This document shows positions 1 to 9,768 of a stretch of DNA of 64,000 bases, piece by piece. Location of the stretch: assembly GCA_963848135.1 (NCBI GenBank), contig CAWKCK010000003.1:682001-746000 (forward strand), written 5' to 3'. Numbering within the stretch: position 1 is the stretch's first letter; each line of letters opens with the position of its first letter. The notes beneath the pieces were generated by a model. It worked only from the letters and a program-made list of their open reading frames with translations. It did not search any database and was not told where the DNA came from. Source of the DNA: an uncultured delta proteobacterium (GTDB taxonomy: Bacteria > Desulfobacterota > Desulfobacteria > Desulfobacterales > SG8-13). Made by a program: the position numbers and the translations under genes.

Positions 1-950
1 CCAAACCGGATCAGGATGGCAATAAAAATAAGTGAGTGTAGGGACCAGCGTTGAATACTGTTTTTTAGAATCCGCCGTTGTAAAACAATGTCCAGGACAA
101 TTACCCTGATTGCCGTGAGGAATTTGCGTGAAAAGATCGTCTGCCAAACCGCATCGGAAGTCAGACTGATTTTCCGGTGCAGTGATTCGCCTTCGCCCTT
201 AACACTGCCGATAAACCAGAAGCGGACCATCAAAAACGTACCGCCGAGAAACGTGATCAATGCGATCCAGAATATGGGATGTCCGACGCCGAGAGATGAC
301 GGATGGCACATGATGCACAGCAGGCTTTTGGCCGGTAAGACGGCCGTTGGCGCACCGACCGTGTTTTGCGCTTGGTGACATCGCCGGCAGTTTTTTTCAT
401 CGCTGACATCATCGAGCGTATGATCGACCAGGCCGATCGGTTGTTGATCGGCATCCAAAAATGCCAACTTGACACGGTTGTCCCTGCTGTCGAGCATAAT
501 GGCTTTATGCTTGAAATGGCAGGCTTGGCAGTCAATTCTCAGGTGCGGGGCATGGGCGGTGCCTTCTCCGTGAAGCGAGTGACAGTCGCGGCATTGCCCT
601 CCTATCTCGGATCGGTGAGGCGATCGGGCCACGTCGGTATGACAATGGATGCAGGCCACGTATTGATGTGGATTGTCTTGAAACGTGCCGGCGATTACTT
701 GCAGCGGCACTTCCTTGCCGTCAACCACACGGCGGCAGTCGGGGTTGGCGTGGCATTCGTTGCAGAAGGCTCGGGAGGATTGCACGCCTTCATTGGTATT
801 TATATTGGGTTGCCGGTGGCAATCCAGGCAGATCGATTCCGCGTTTTTGGTGGCAAAATCCTGGCCGGCCATCAACGGATATACGCTAACAGCCAGAAGA
901 ATGGCGACACCGGCCGCGATCACCAGACCTATTCTACCCCTATTTCTCAT
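1..950 (-). CDS. Multiheme (7 CxxCH) cytochrome c fused to a membrane domain; partial, runs off the left edge and is absent from the ORF track
   Basis: Manual translation from ATG at 950 (RBS GGAGAGG): signal-like MRNRGRIGLVIAAGVAILLAV, then CLDCH, CNECH, CIHCH, CRDCH, CQACH, CRRCH, CIMCH, then hydrophobic segments (IFWIALITFLGGTFLMV; RWSLHSLIFIAILI). No stop before position 1. Confidence 0.9.
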   Translation of the reverse strand, partial: MRNRGRIGLVIAAGVAILLAVSVYPLMAGQDFATKNAESICLDCHRQPNINTNEGVQSSRAFCNECHANPDCRRVVDGKEVPLQVIAGTFQDNPHQYVACIHCHTDVARSPHRSEIGGQCRDCHSLHGEGTAHAPHLRIDCQACHFKHKAIMLDSRDNRVKLAFLDADQQPIGLVDHTLDDVSDEKNCRRCHQAQNTVGAPTAVLPAKSLLCIMCHPSSLGVGHPIFWIALITFLGGTFLMVRFWFIGSVKGEGESLHRKISLTSDAVWQTIFSRKFLTAIRVIVLDIVLQRRILKNSIQRWSLHSLIFIAILIRF

Positions 951-1039
951 CTGAGTTATGTTTCCTCTCCATCTAATGAGCCGCGTGTGATTTTTTCACC
1001 GGCAAACGATCGCGTGTCCGGACGAACCCATTCGAAAGC

Positions 1040-1756
1040 TCACTCCTCGGCAGAATCTCCGCCATCGTGAGCGGTCGCCCATTCGCCCGGATGTTCCGCG
1101 ATAATTTTTTCTTTTGTCGTTCTTCCGGTAAAAATGCTTGTGTCGGCCGGATATACGGCCGGTCTCAAATGGGCCAGTCCAATATGAAGAAAAAATTTAA
1201 CGGCAATCGCCAGAATAGCTTCGAAAAAATGCAGCACCTGGGCGATATTGATGAAATATCCCGGGATAAAACGGGTGAAGAACTCCGGAAACCACATCAC
1301 CAGGCCGGTAAGCCCCATGGTGTTCATACCGATAAAAAGGGCCCAGTAATCGATTTTTTCCATATAAGTGAATTTGTCGAATTTTGGAGGCGTTTCTCTG
1401 CGGCCCAAAAAATAACGTAAATTTTGAGAGAAGTCTTTGAAATCCTTAATAGAAGGGGCGATTGAAAGCGGGCCGGAGAGTTGACCTGAAAGGGCCGCTT
1501 TATAGTAGAGAAACCACAACGCATGCACGACCACACATAAATAAGTGGCAACAGCGAAAAAACGATGCAGCCATGCAGCACCGCCGGATCCGCCGACAAG
1601 CCAAATAAATGCTCGGGCGGGCGCCGTTGAGCTAAATCCCAACGACAGGCCCGTAACGGCCAGTCCGGTGAAGCCGATCATCACCACCAAATGCAGGAAC
1701 CGGTGAAGAACGGAGAATCGAATCGGGAGGTCTTGGGAGTACTTTTCTGCAGCCAT
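1040..1756 (-). CDS. Di-heme cytochrome b, FdnI/HydC-like (CbcL-type b domain)
   Basis: RFSVLHRFLHL, WLHR, KFTYMEKIDYWA, VLHFFEAILA and FLH motifs; four hydrophobic helices. Confidence 0.88.
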   Translation of the reverse strand: MAAEKYSQDLPIRFSVLHRFLHLVVMIGFTGLAVTGLSLGFSSTAPARAFIWLVGGSGGAAWLHRFFAVATYLCVVVHALWFLYYKAALSGQLSGPLSIAPSIKDFKDFSQNLRYFLGRRETPPKFDKFTYMEKIDYWALFIGMNTMGLTGLVMWFPEFFTRFIPGYFINIAQVLHFFEAILAIAVKFFLHIGLAHLRPAVYPADTSIFTGRTTKEKIIAEHPGEWATAHDGGDSAEE

Positions 1757-1757
1757 C

Positions 1758-2657
1758 CTAATGTTTCCTCAGTTTTTCATGCAGTTCTCTCAAAAGCCAA
1801 AGAAGACTGTGTCCGAAAAAGAAAATCAGCGACAATGCCACCACCGCTATCACCGCAATCTTGATGCGATGGATCCAGAGGATCGATCGATGCTTGGGGG
1901 ATTCGGTGGCAGATAATTCGTCCATAGAGGCGTGGATAACGATATTGGTGAATTCGGTTTCAGCGGTCGGGTGGCATCGGCGGCAGACCGGCAACGCAGC
2001 TGTCGGCTCTTTGAGCGAGGTCATGGTGTGTGCCTGGTGGCAGTCTGTACAAAAGGCAGCGGCCGGATTTTCCAAGTTCACACCGACTCTTCCGTGAATA
2101 TTTTCGAGGTAACTGGCGGTTTGAACCCTGTGGCAACGGCCGCATGTAGGGATCATGCGTTTGCCGACAGTGACCCGGGACAGACCGGAGCGATCGTAGT
2201 GTGAAGAATGGCAGTCACCGCAGGTGGGTGCCGGTGTTTTGATTTTTTCCTTTTCACCGGCCGCATCCGATTCGGCAATTTCTTTGGACAAGGCCTTGGC
2301 ATGCTCGCCTTCCAGATACCGTTGGTATGACAGTTTGTGGCATTGCCGGCAGCGGCTGTAGTCGAAGACGCGTTTCGCCGCTTTCTTCAGGTTGTCCGGC
2401 TTTGTCTTATCCGGATGGGTCCGATTGTTTTCGATCATGGTCCCATGGCAGTCCTCACATTTAAAGCTGGCATGGGCCGAGAGTCCAAATCGGTTCAAGT
2501 CCACAAACCAATTTGCCTGGGACGTCGTGACGGTTTCGGCGCTTCCTTCAACGTTGCCTGCAAACCCAACCGCGACCAGCGTAATGGCCGCAACCGTCAA
2601 CCACGCGGCCATGTAGGTTTTAACCCAAGAACGGTTACGAAAAATTTCGCGTGCCAA
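1758..2657 (-). CDS. Hexaheme cytochrome c with N-terminal signal and C-terminal membrane anchor
   Basis: CEDCH, CRQCH, CGDCH, CGRCH, CTDCH, CRRCH; C-terminal helix IAVVALSLIFFFGHSLLW. Confidence 0.92.
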   Translation of the reverse strand: MAREIFRNRSWVKTYMAAWLTVAAITLVAVGFAGNVEGSAETVTTSQANWFVDLNRFGLSAHASFKCEDCHGTMIENNRTHPDKTKPDNLKKAAKRVFDYSRCRQCHKLSYQRYLEGEHAKALSKEIAESDAAGEKEKIKTPAPTCGDCHSSHYDRSGLSRVTVGKRMIPTCGRCHRVQTASYLENIHGRVGVNLENPAAAFCTDCHQAHTMTSLKEPTAALPVCRRCHPTAETEFTNIVIHASMDELSATESPKHRSILWIHRIKIAVIAVVALSLIFFFGHSLLWLLRELHEKLRKH

Positions 2658-2674
2658 TGTCGACTCCTCGAAAA

Positions 2675-3988
2675 TCAGTTGGGTTCCGATGCCGTCAAAA
2701 AGTACAGATGGAGAAACGCTGCCGTAAATTTTTGCAACAGGGCGAATAGCTGGCCAGCAACCGGTAGGGTATCGTGATCTTGGTCCAGGTTATTTTTCAT
2801 CAGCCGAAGCATGCTGGTGATTTCTGTGGCCCAAGCCCGAAGGTCAGTCGGCGTCCACTCGGTGGTACAGAGCCGACCCCGGGCCTCGAGGAACTTGAGG
2901 CGGTGCCACATTGAATCAAGAAATACTCTTATTTTTTCAGGTTCATAGTATTTTGTCCCGATCAGCCACCGAAGGGGTAACAATTCGAGACCGGCCGCCA
3001 CAATCCTTGAGTTGCTCAACTCCCGCTTCAAAGCCCTGATCAGATCTCGGCTGTCGGTTTCGGAAAGTTTTTCCGATTTCACCCGCTGCGCCGGGTCGCT
3101 GTGAGATGACCGGCCCGCATCCCAGAAGATGGCGTCCGCAATCAGCCCGTTGGCTTCAGGGTAATGGGGATGTTCGAGGTGTGGACCGAAGAGATAAATA
3201 TTCCCGCGACCAAGATTTGCACGAACGGCTGCCGCCTTTCCGATCAACGTCTCGTAAGCCAGGGCTTCATCCACCAGATATACGGTTTTATTGGTGAAGG
3301 CCTCGTAATGCGCCAGAACTTGTGCGCCATCGGAAGCGATCATGGCCGGTCCGCCGTACAAAGGTGCCGTCAACGCGCCGGGGCCAGAAAAAGGGGCCGT
3401 GCCGTTGACGCGTAACCCGATGGATTCTCGCACCGGGTGGAAAACAAAGCAACAACCATAGGCCGTTGAGAACTTATGGGGCATCTCATGGCAGTGTGGA
3501 AGATACTTGCTGAGGTTGGTGATCTTTACTGCCGCATAATTGAAGAGATTCAATGGCGATTTGGATGAGTTCATCGCCAGGTAGGCACCGGCACAACTCC
3601 CGATGTATAGACCACCGTTTTCAATAAAGCGCCTGATTTCACTGGCACCGTTTTTTCCCAGAGCGGTTGCAATAGTGAAGGTGTCCCCACCTGAGATGGC
3701 CAATACATCAAGGCCCTCTAACCCGCCTTCCTGAACGTTGTATTCATTCAGAAAGGAAAGATTGTTAAACCCCATGCGCTCGAACAGGTCGACGAACCAC
3801 AACCATGAGTGGGAGGTGCCTTCACCAGTGAAAATACCGACCTTGGAATATCGCAACTGGCGGCTGCCGGTTGTTTCCCGTTCGGATATACGACCTTGGC
3901 CGCTTTTACCGGTAAAAAATAATCGTTCCCCTCTGGCCAATCTTTCATTGGCAGCGGCGTATTGATCAAATACTGTTGCGAAGGCCAT
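2675..3988 (-). CDS. BPL_N-domain protein (class I glutamine amidotransferase-like) with a C-terminal helical extension
   Basis: ISGGD, YIGSCAGAY (Cys nucleophile), YGGP and GPHLEH (His-x-Glu). Confidence 0.8.
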   Translation of the reverse strand: MAFATVFDQYAAANERLARGERLFFTGKSGQGRISERETTGSRQLRYSKVGIFTGEGTSHSWLWFVDLFERMGFNNLSFLNEYNVQEGGLEGLDVLAISGGDTFTIATALGKNGASEIRRFIENGGLYIGSCAGAYLAMNSSKSPLNLFNYAAVKITNLSKYLPHCHEMPHKFSTAYGCCFVFHPVRESIGLRVNGTAPFSGPGALTAPLYGGPAMIASDGAQVLAHYEAFTNKTVYLVDEALAYETLIGKAAAVRANLGRGNIYLFGPHLEHPHYPEANGLIADAIFWDAGRSSHSDPAQRVKSEKLSETDSRDLIRALKRELSNSRIVAAGLELLPLRWLIGTKYYEPEKIRVFLDSMWHRLKFLEARGRLCTTEWTPTDLRAWATEITSMLRLMKNNLDQDHDTLPVAGQLFALLQKFTAAFLHLYFLTASEPN

Positions 3989-4141
3989 GTTCAATCTGGT
4001 TGTGCTATTTCATGGTACTATGAGGGTGAATCATCGGCGCGGTCAGCGATTAGGGGCGAACCGGCACCCAATTACGGGGAGCCTGCCGGTTATTCGGTGG
4101 CGCAGCGGTCACCGGTTGATATGTTCATCCCTGGCGGCCCG

Positions 4142-5458
4142 CTAGTTCAGCAGGAAATCAACGGCATTGTTCAGCGCATCTTCGCTGAATTCTATCTCGG
4201 TCCCAATGGTTGCAATTTCCAGCAGGTCTTCTTCCGTGATTTCCGGTGACATGACGGCAAAAATCGGGTGAATACCGAAAATATAGGCGACCGCCATGCG
4301 ACGATTCCACCACGACATCGGGTCGTCACCGATATCATCGAATTTACCAAATACCGGCTGGAGGGGGCACCAGGGACTGAATATACCGCTACCGGGCCGT
4401 GTGACGGTGCCGGATAGTCCTGCCATGGATTCCAGAATTTCTGACACGGATGCTTTGCCTGCGGTCTGGCTGAGTTCAGCGACAGCGGCAGCGTCAATGC
4501 CATACTGTGCGCAGGCTTTGAGAATCTTGCAGGCATCCTCGGCCGATAGACCGACGTTTTTAAACCCGATCAGACCGAAAAGGTCGGTGACCAAAAAGCC
4601 AGGTTCCGTGTTTTCCGGTTCGGCGAGATTGACCGGGTCTTCATCGAAGAAAACAAACGTATTGGTGGCATAAGGGGTATTGTAACAGGCGCTGTGACGG
4701 TGAACGATCGGTGCTAACCAGGCATTAACGTCAGTCTCTCCAATGGCGGTGCAAATGTCTCCAATGCCCTTTTTACCGACAAATTCGCCGTCTTTGACCT
4801 CTTCCAAAACATCCAGGGCCAGCTCGACAAACTCTTCCGCTTCGGCCATTTCCAACAAACCCATTCCCCGAAAAGCGAGACCCTTGAGTTTTTTGGCGCC
4901 GAAAATTTTCCCAAAACCCCATCGATCACCGCTGGCCCAATAGTTGTAGCAGACCTGGGCCAGGTCGGATTGGTCTTCCCCGGCCTTTCCGATGACGATT
5001 GTCTGAATCAGGTCGTCACCCATGGCTTTGCGCCAGGCGTCCGTTGTCTCCCAAACATCTCTGCCCCAAACGTCAGCCGCGCTCGATATATCGGCGACAC
5101 CGTCGTGGATCCAAAGAAATGACGGCTCGGGGGATGAACCCTTTATGACGATATAATCGAATCCGGAGTATTGGATCTCCAAACCGACTTTCAGGGTTAT
5201 CGGGCAATGGGAGACTTTTCCAGTCGCCGGGCTTTTGGCCGTAATGACACCGGTGGCTGCGGCCGGAAACAGTGTTCCGGTCAGCAGTCCCGTGCCGATC
5301 ACGATCGGATCGCCGTCGGCGTGCTGTTCGTAAAGGTGTTTGGTAACAGCGGCGCCACCGATTTTTTCTCCAACCAGTTCGTCGTTGAGTTCATCTTCCA
5401 TGACATCGGCCGATGTCAGATCTACAACCAGAATCTTGTTGGCGGATAAATATTCCAT
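4142..5458 (-). CDS. Aldehyde:ferredoxin oxidoreductase (AOR)-like protein, short and degenerate
   Basis: KILVVDL, TAKSPATG, SGFDYIVIKG and GFGKIFGAKKLKG match the AOR N-terminal domain. Start moved to MEYL at 5458 (RBS GGAGG). Confidence 0.8.
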   Translation of the reverse strand: MEYLSANKILVVDLTSADVMEDELNDELVGEKIGGAAVTKHLYEQHADGDPIVIGTGLLTGTLFPAAATGVITAKSPATGKVSHCPITLKVGLEIQYSGFDYIVIKGSSPEPSFLWIHDGVADISSAADVWGRDVWETTDAWRKAMGDDLIQTIVIGKAGEDQSDLAQVCYNYWASGDRWGFGKIFGAKKLKGLAFRGMGLLEMAEAEEFVELALDVLEEVKDGEFVGKKGIGDICTAIGETDVNAWLAPIVHRHSACYNTPYATNTFVFFDEDPVNLAEPENTEPGFLVTDLFGLIGFKNVGLSAEDACKILKACAQYGIDAAAVAELSQTAGKASVSEILESMAGLSGTVTRPGSGIFSPWCPLQPVFGKFDDIGDDPMSWWNRRMAVAYIFGIHPIFAVMSPEITEEDLLEIATIGTEIEFSEDALNNAVDFLLN

Positions 5459-5489
5459 ACCGAATTCCTCCCAGATCAATTCGATGCGA

Positions 5490-5852
5490 TTAGTCCTCGC
5501 TGATGGCGTCGACAGGACAGAATTTGATGCACATAGGACCGAGGTCCATTTCTTCACACAGGTCACAGGCTTCACGAAGCAGCATCGGTTTGGCAGAGGC
5601 ATCCTGTTGTTTGTCGTTGGCCGGTGATTCTTCTGTTTCTCCAATCCGTTTGATTTCAGTCCCTTCGGGTCTGGCGATCAGCAGGTCCTCATCCCGCTTG
5701 AGAATGACACCGAAATAATCTTTTTTTTCCTTTGTTCGGTACGCCACGATACATGACGAAAGGAGGGCAAACCCGTCGTCCCTGTGGTACCCACAGGCCA
5801 TTTCACAGGCCATGCATCCCGTGCACTTAAGAGCGTCGATTTTGATTGCCAT
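5490..5852 (-). CDS. 4Fe-4S ferredoxin-like protein (AOR partner type)
   Basis: CTGCMACEMAC and CDLC...CIKFCP motifs; directly upstream of the AOR-like gene. Confidence 0.88.
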   Translation of the reverse strand: MAIKIDALKCTGCMACEMACGYHRDDGFALLSSCIVAYRTKEKKDYFGVILKRDEDLLIARPEGTEIKRIGETEESPANDKQQDASAKPMLLREACDLCEEMDLGPMCIKFCPVDAISED

Positions 5853-6033
5853 TTTCTGTCCCTTCAATTTTTCCGGTTAGAGCATTATTGGCCTATTAGG
5901 TTGAACACATTGTAATCAATTGGTTTTCCTCTTAGAAGCGTGCCATGTCAGCCCGATTTGATGATGATCACAACAAGCGATTTCCCCGTTCGGCTTTAGA
6001 CTACGGGCTACCAAAAGTCAATATAAATATATT

Positions 6034-6072
6034 AAACATCTGAAGTTATAAAGTTTATAATTCTTCTTGACA
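6034..6072. promoter_or_regulatory. Putative FadR/GntR operator (AAACATCTGAAGTTA) with TTTATAAT and -35 TTGACA, in the divergent promoter region
   Basis: Near-palindrome; 29/39 ungapped identity to 15943-15981; a leftward TTGACT also lies at 6016-6021. Confidence 0.7.
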
Positions 6073-6155
6073 CGGTATGGGGATTGTGGCATCTGAGAGA
6101 AAAACACAAAATGTTACCAATCCTTATAGCCTAAATTATATTCAGAATATGAGAA

Positions 6156-6869
6156 ATGTTTAAAACAGCCCGCGTCAACAGAATATCCCAGAATATCGTT
6201 GATCAAATTCGAGATACCATCATTGCCGGCCGTTTGAAACCCGGCGACCGCCTGCCTTCGGAAAAAGAACTCTCTGCTGAATTCGGCGTCAGCAAGGCGT
6301 CATTGAGAGAAGCGCTGCGTGCTCTGGAGGCGCTCGGCATGCTTGAGGTCAAACAAGGCATGGGTGGCGGGGCCTTTGTCACAAAAGTCGACCTGGAAAC
6401 AGCCCGCAACAATATGTTCAACTATATTTTCTTTCAGAACCCATCTATCGGCGAATTCACCCAACTGCGCACACTTATCGAACCACAGGTTGCCGAAATA
6501 GCCGCCCGTAAATGCACCCAGGCTGATCTCGATTACCTGGAAGACAATTTGAATCAAACGCGAGATTTAATGGATTCCGGTCCGTTCTATTATAAACTGG
6601 ACACCAAATTTCATCACCGGATTGCCGAGATATCCGGCAACCGGTTGATCTGCTTCGTCATCGACTCGCTCAAAAATGCGATTGTCCAGATTAAACTGCA
6701 GCTCGAACTGGACCGGGATTTTTCCATCCAGGTATATAAGGCGCACATGCGCCTTTTTGATGCCCTGCGGAAACGTGATCCGGAACTGGCCCGGGCTGAA
6801 ATGCACCGGCACATCGTAGAGGTGGACGAGCAGATGAAACACTATTGCGACGGTGACACTTTGTTTTAA
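6156..6869 (+). CDS. GntR/FadR-family transcriptional regulator (wHTH + FCD)
   Basis: LKPGDRLPSEKELSAEFGVSKASLREAL; FCD motif DTKFHHRIAEISGN. Confidence 0.95.
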   Translation: MFKTARVNRISQNIVDQIRDTIIAGRLKPGDRLPSEKELSAEFGVSKASLREALRALEALGMLEVKQGMGGGAFVTKVDLETARNNMFNYIFFQNPSIGEFTQLRTLIEPQVAEIAARKCTQADLDYLEDNLNQTRDLMDSGPFYYKLDTKFHHRIAEISGNRLICFVIDSLKNAIVQIKLQLELDRDFSIQVYKAHMRLFDALRKRDPELARAEMHRHIVEVDEQMKHYCDGDTLF

Positions 6870-6905
6870 GCGTCCCTCTAAATCCGATCCATGAGGAGGT
6901 AAACT

Positions 6906-8351
6906 GTGACAGAAATGCCCGAGATACCACAAGAAACATTGAGGGTTGTCAAGGAATTGCAGGCCATCGTGGGGGAAAAAAACGCCACGGCAGCCAAGCA
7001 CATACGCTATGCATATTCCTATGACATGTCGTTCGTAAAGCCCAAATTGCCCGATTATGTGGTCATGGCCGAGACCGTGGAGCAGATCCAACAGCTCATG
7101 CGCTTTGCGAACCAGGAAAAGATACCGGTGATACCGTATACGGCCGGCACCAACATCGGCGGATTATGCATCCCCGAACGGGGCGGGATTCTGCTGGATT
7201 TAAAGCAGATGAACAAAATTATTAAGCTCGACGCAGAGTCCCACTATGCCGTTATCGAACCGGGTGTATCGCACGGACAACTGGCGGAGGCCCTCTATGA
7301 ACACAAGCTGCGTTTCGGTTGGCCGGTGGGACCGCCGTCGGCGTCGGTGTCATCATGTGCCATTTCCCATGGTATCGGCGGCCTGAATGCTCGCTACGGA
7401 CTCAACAGCCAGGAAATCACCAGCATGGAAGTGGTTCTTCCGACCGGCGAACTGGTGCGGGTCGGCTCCTGTGCCATCGTAGAGGATGCCTGGCACAGCA
7501 CACTGCCGATGCCCAAGCTCGACGGTCTGTTCAAGGGCTGGTTGGGCTCCACCGGCGTTGTGACCAAACTGGGCATTACCGTGCACCCGATTCCGCCGGT
7601 TTTGAAAGTATTTACAGTCTCTTGTGAGAATGTCGAGGACATGTACTCCTACATGCTCAATCTAAGCAATTACGAGATCTGTGACGATCTGACGGCAGTA
7701 TCCTGGTGGTTGGCCCAGGTGCCGATTCCCTATCCCTACCGGACGAAACCAGACGATCAGCCCGAGTGGTTCAGTTTCGCAAATACCAATTCGTTCACTG
7801 AAAAGGAAAAAGAAGCCCGGGAAGAAATCTGGCAGATGGTGGTCGATGAGGAAACGAAAAAGGGAACATCCTTGAAGGTGACCCAATATCCGGAAGAAGC
7901 CTTGCGTGCGCGGACGCAGCTTCCGAGCCAGATTGTTGGATCCACCAAGAATTACTGCAAAATGGCCGGTGCCGGGATCTCCTGGCCGGGGACTTTTACA
8001 CCCGCCAATAAATGGGCCCCGGTCTACAACGCGTGGAAAGAGATCCTGATCGGTCACAACCTGTCGCCCTCGATCCGGATGAGCATGTACCGGGGGGTGC
8101 ACTATGGCATGCTGCGGGCGATGATTCCGTTCAACAAACAGAATCCAGAAGAAACCGAAAATGCCCGTCAGGCGATCGTAGAGTGCTTGAAGGTGGATTT
8201 GGAACATGGAGGGATTCCCTACAAACCGCCGGTGGATTTCGGTCGGGAGATAAATAAAATTGCCCATCCCGGGTATCTGGCCCTATTGAAGCGGGTTAAA
8301 AAGATGCTCGATCCCAACGATATTATGAATCCGGGCAAACTGGCCATTTGA
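6906..8351 (+). CDS. FAD-binding oxidoreductase (VAO/PCMH/GlcD fold), non-canonical active site
   Basis: AGTNIGG, GILLDLKQMN, VIEPGV, MEVVLPTGE, GSTGVVTK and DPNDIMNPGK; lacks HAGDGNLH and EHG. Confidence 0.88.
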   Translation: MTEMPEIPQETLRVVKELQAIVGEKNATAAKHIRYAYSYDMSFVKPKLPDYVVMAETVEQIQQLMRFANQEKIPVIPYTAGTNIGGLCIPERGGILLDLKQMNKIIKLDAESHYAVIEPGVSHGQLAEALYEHKLRFGWPVGPPSASVSSCAISHGIGGLNARYGLNSQEITSMEVVLPTGELVRVGSCAIVEDAWHSTLPMPKLDGLFKGWLGSTGVVTKLGITVHPIPPVLKVFTVSCENVEDMYSYMLNLSNYEICDDLTAVSWWLAQVPIPYPYRTKPDDQPEWFSFANTNSFTEKEKEAREEIWQMVVDEETKKGTSLKVTQYPEEALRARTQLPSQIVGSTKNYCKMAGAGISWPGTFTPANKWAPVYNAWKEILIGHNLSPSIRMSMYRGVHYGMLRAMIPFNKQNPEETENARQAIVECLKVDLEHGGIPYKPPVDFGREINKIAHPGYLALLKRVKKMLDPNDIMNPGKLAI

Positions 8352-8454
8352 GTTGGGATAACAAATGCCGGAAATGCTGTATACGCTGATCTTGTATGGC
8401 TCCGGTTTTAACGAAAAGTCCGGAAAAAATCCGTGGAAACGATTGGAGGAATAT

Positions 8455-9768
8455 ATGGATTGGAGAATCCCTTCGCTGAAAGATCTTGAACATTATTTCT
8501 GGCGGTGCACCGCCTGCGGAACATGCCGGTCCGCCTATGATTACGGGCCACCGCCTTTTGCGCGGCCAATTTGCCCGTCCGGTACGGAATTCGGATTTGA
8601 AGGCTACTACTCATCCAAAGGTAAGGCCGCTTTCGCGCGCGGAATTTCAGATGGCACGCTGACCTTCGACGATCCTGAGTTTCTCGAAGCGATTTACAAG
8701 TGTACCGTCTGTGCCGGTTGCCAGAATCAGTGCCAAGTGGACTACAAGCCCCATATACCGGAAGTCATCGAAGCCATGCGCCGTGAGGCGGTAGAGAGCG
8801 GTGCCGGGCCCATGCCGCTTCAGAAGAATCTGGTCCAATCGATGAAAAACTACAACAATCCCTACCAGGGTCCGCGCCGGGTGCGCCTGGATTGGACCCG
8901 GCCTTTCAAAAAAGCCAAAACCCCGATAAAAAATATCAACAAGGAGGCCGCCGAGGTTTTGTTTTACGTCGGGTGCACCGGTGCTTTTAATAAAACGGCC
9001 ATGTCGGTGCCCCAGGCCACAGCACGAATATTCCAGAAACTGGGAATCGATTTTGGAATATTGGGTGAAAGCGAAGTGTGCTGCGGGTCGACAGCCATGC
9101 GGGTCGGTGACGCGGAGGAATTCAAGCGTGTGGCCACCGAAAACCTTATGACCTTTCGAAAACTGCACGAGGAGAAGGGCGTCAAGACCATTGTGACCTC
9201 TTGTGCTGGTTGTTTTCGGGCCATAAAGAAAGACTACATCCTTTCATCGCAATACGAGCAGATGATGGAAGGTATCGAGGTTGTCCACACGGTGCAGTTT
9301 TTGTATCGCCTGATGCAGGACGGCAAATTGACGTTTCAAAACGAACTGCCCTGGCATGTGACCTACCATGATCCGTGTCACACGGGACGCCACTTAAACA
9401 AGTTCCAGGTGGATAAAGACGGCAGCGAATTGTGGGAGGGCGCCTATGTGGATGTTGACGAGAGTGATTGCCTCTACGACATTCCGCGCGAGATCCTCAA
9501 GGCGATTCCCGGCGTGCAGTTTTCGGAAATGGACCGAATCAGGGGTAATTCATTCTGTTGCGGTGGTGGCGGTGGCGTGATGACCGGCTTCACGGACTGG
9601 GCCGGCAAAAACGCCAGCTTAAGGGTTCAGGAAGGGATGGAGACCGGCGCCGACAAAATCGTTTCAACCTGCCCGTTTTGTTATTTCAACCTCACTGAAG
9701 GGTCAAGGCGTCTCGGTGGTCATGTGACGCTTCATGACCTGACCGAACTGATCGACAAGGCGATATAA
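8455..9768 (+). CDS. Fe-S oxidoreductase with two CCG domains (HdrD/GlcF-like)
   Basis: CTACGTC, CTVCAGCQNQC, YVGC, VCCG, TSCAGC, YHDPCH, FCCGGGGG and CPFC; RBS GGAGG before ATG 8455. Confidence 0.92.
   Translation: MDWRIPSLKDLEHYFWRCTACGTCRSAYDYGPPPFARPICPSGTEFGFEGYYSSKGKAAFARGISDGTLTFDDPEFLEAIYKCTVCAGCQNQCQVDYKPHIPEVIEAMRREAVESGAGPMPLQKNLVQSMKNYNNPYQGPRRVRLDWTRPFKKAKTPIKNINKEAAEVLFYVGCTGAFNKTAMSVPQATARIFQKLGIDFGILGESEVCCGSTAMRVGDAEEFKRVATENLMTFRKLHEEKGVKTIVTSCAGCFRAIKKDYILSSQYEQMMEGIEVVHTVQFLYRLMQDGKLTFQNELPWHVTYHDPCHTGRHLNKFQVDKDGSELWEGAYVDVDESDCLYDIPREILKAIPGVQFSEMDRIRGNSFCCGGGGGVMTGFTDWAGKNASLRVQEGMETGADKIVSTCPFCYFNLTEGSRRLGGHVTLHDLTELIDKAI

Noticed and set aside
366..1070. 234-aa plus-strand ORF
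   Set aside because: Antisense shadow of the 7-heme cytochrome gene; no motifs.
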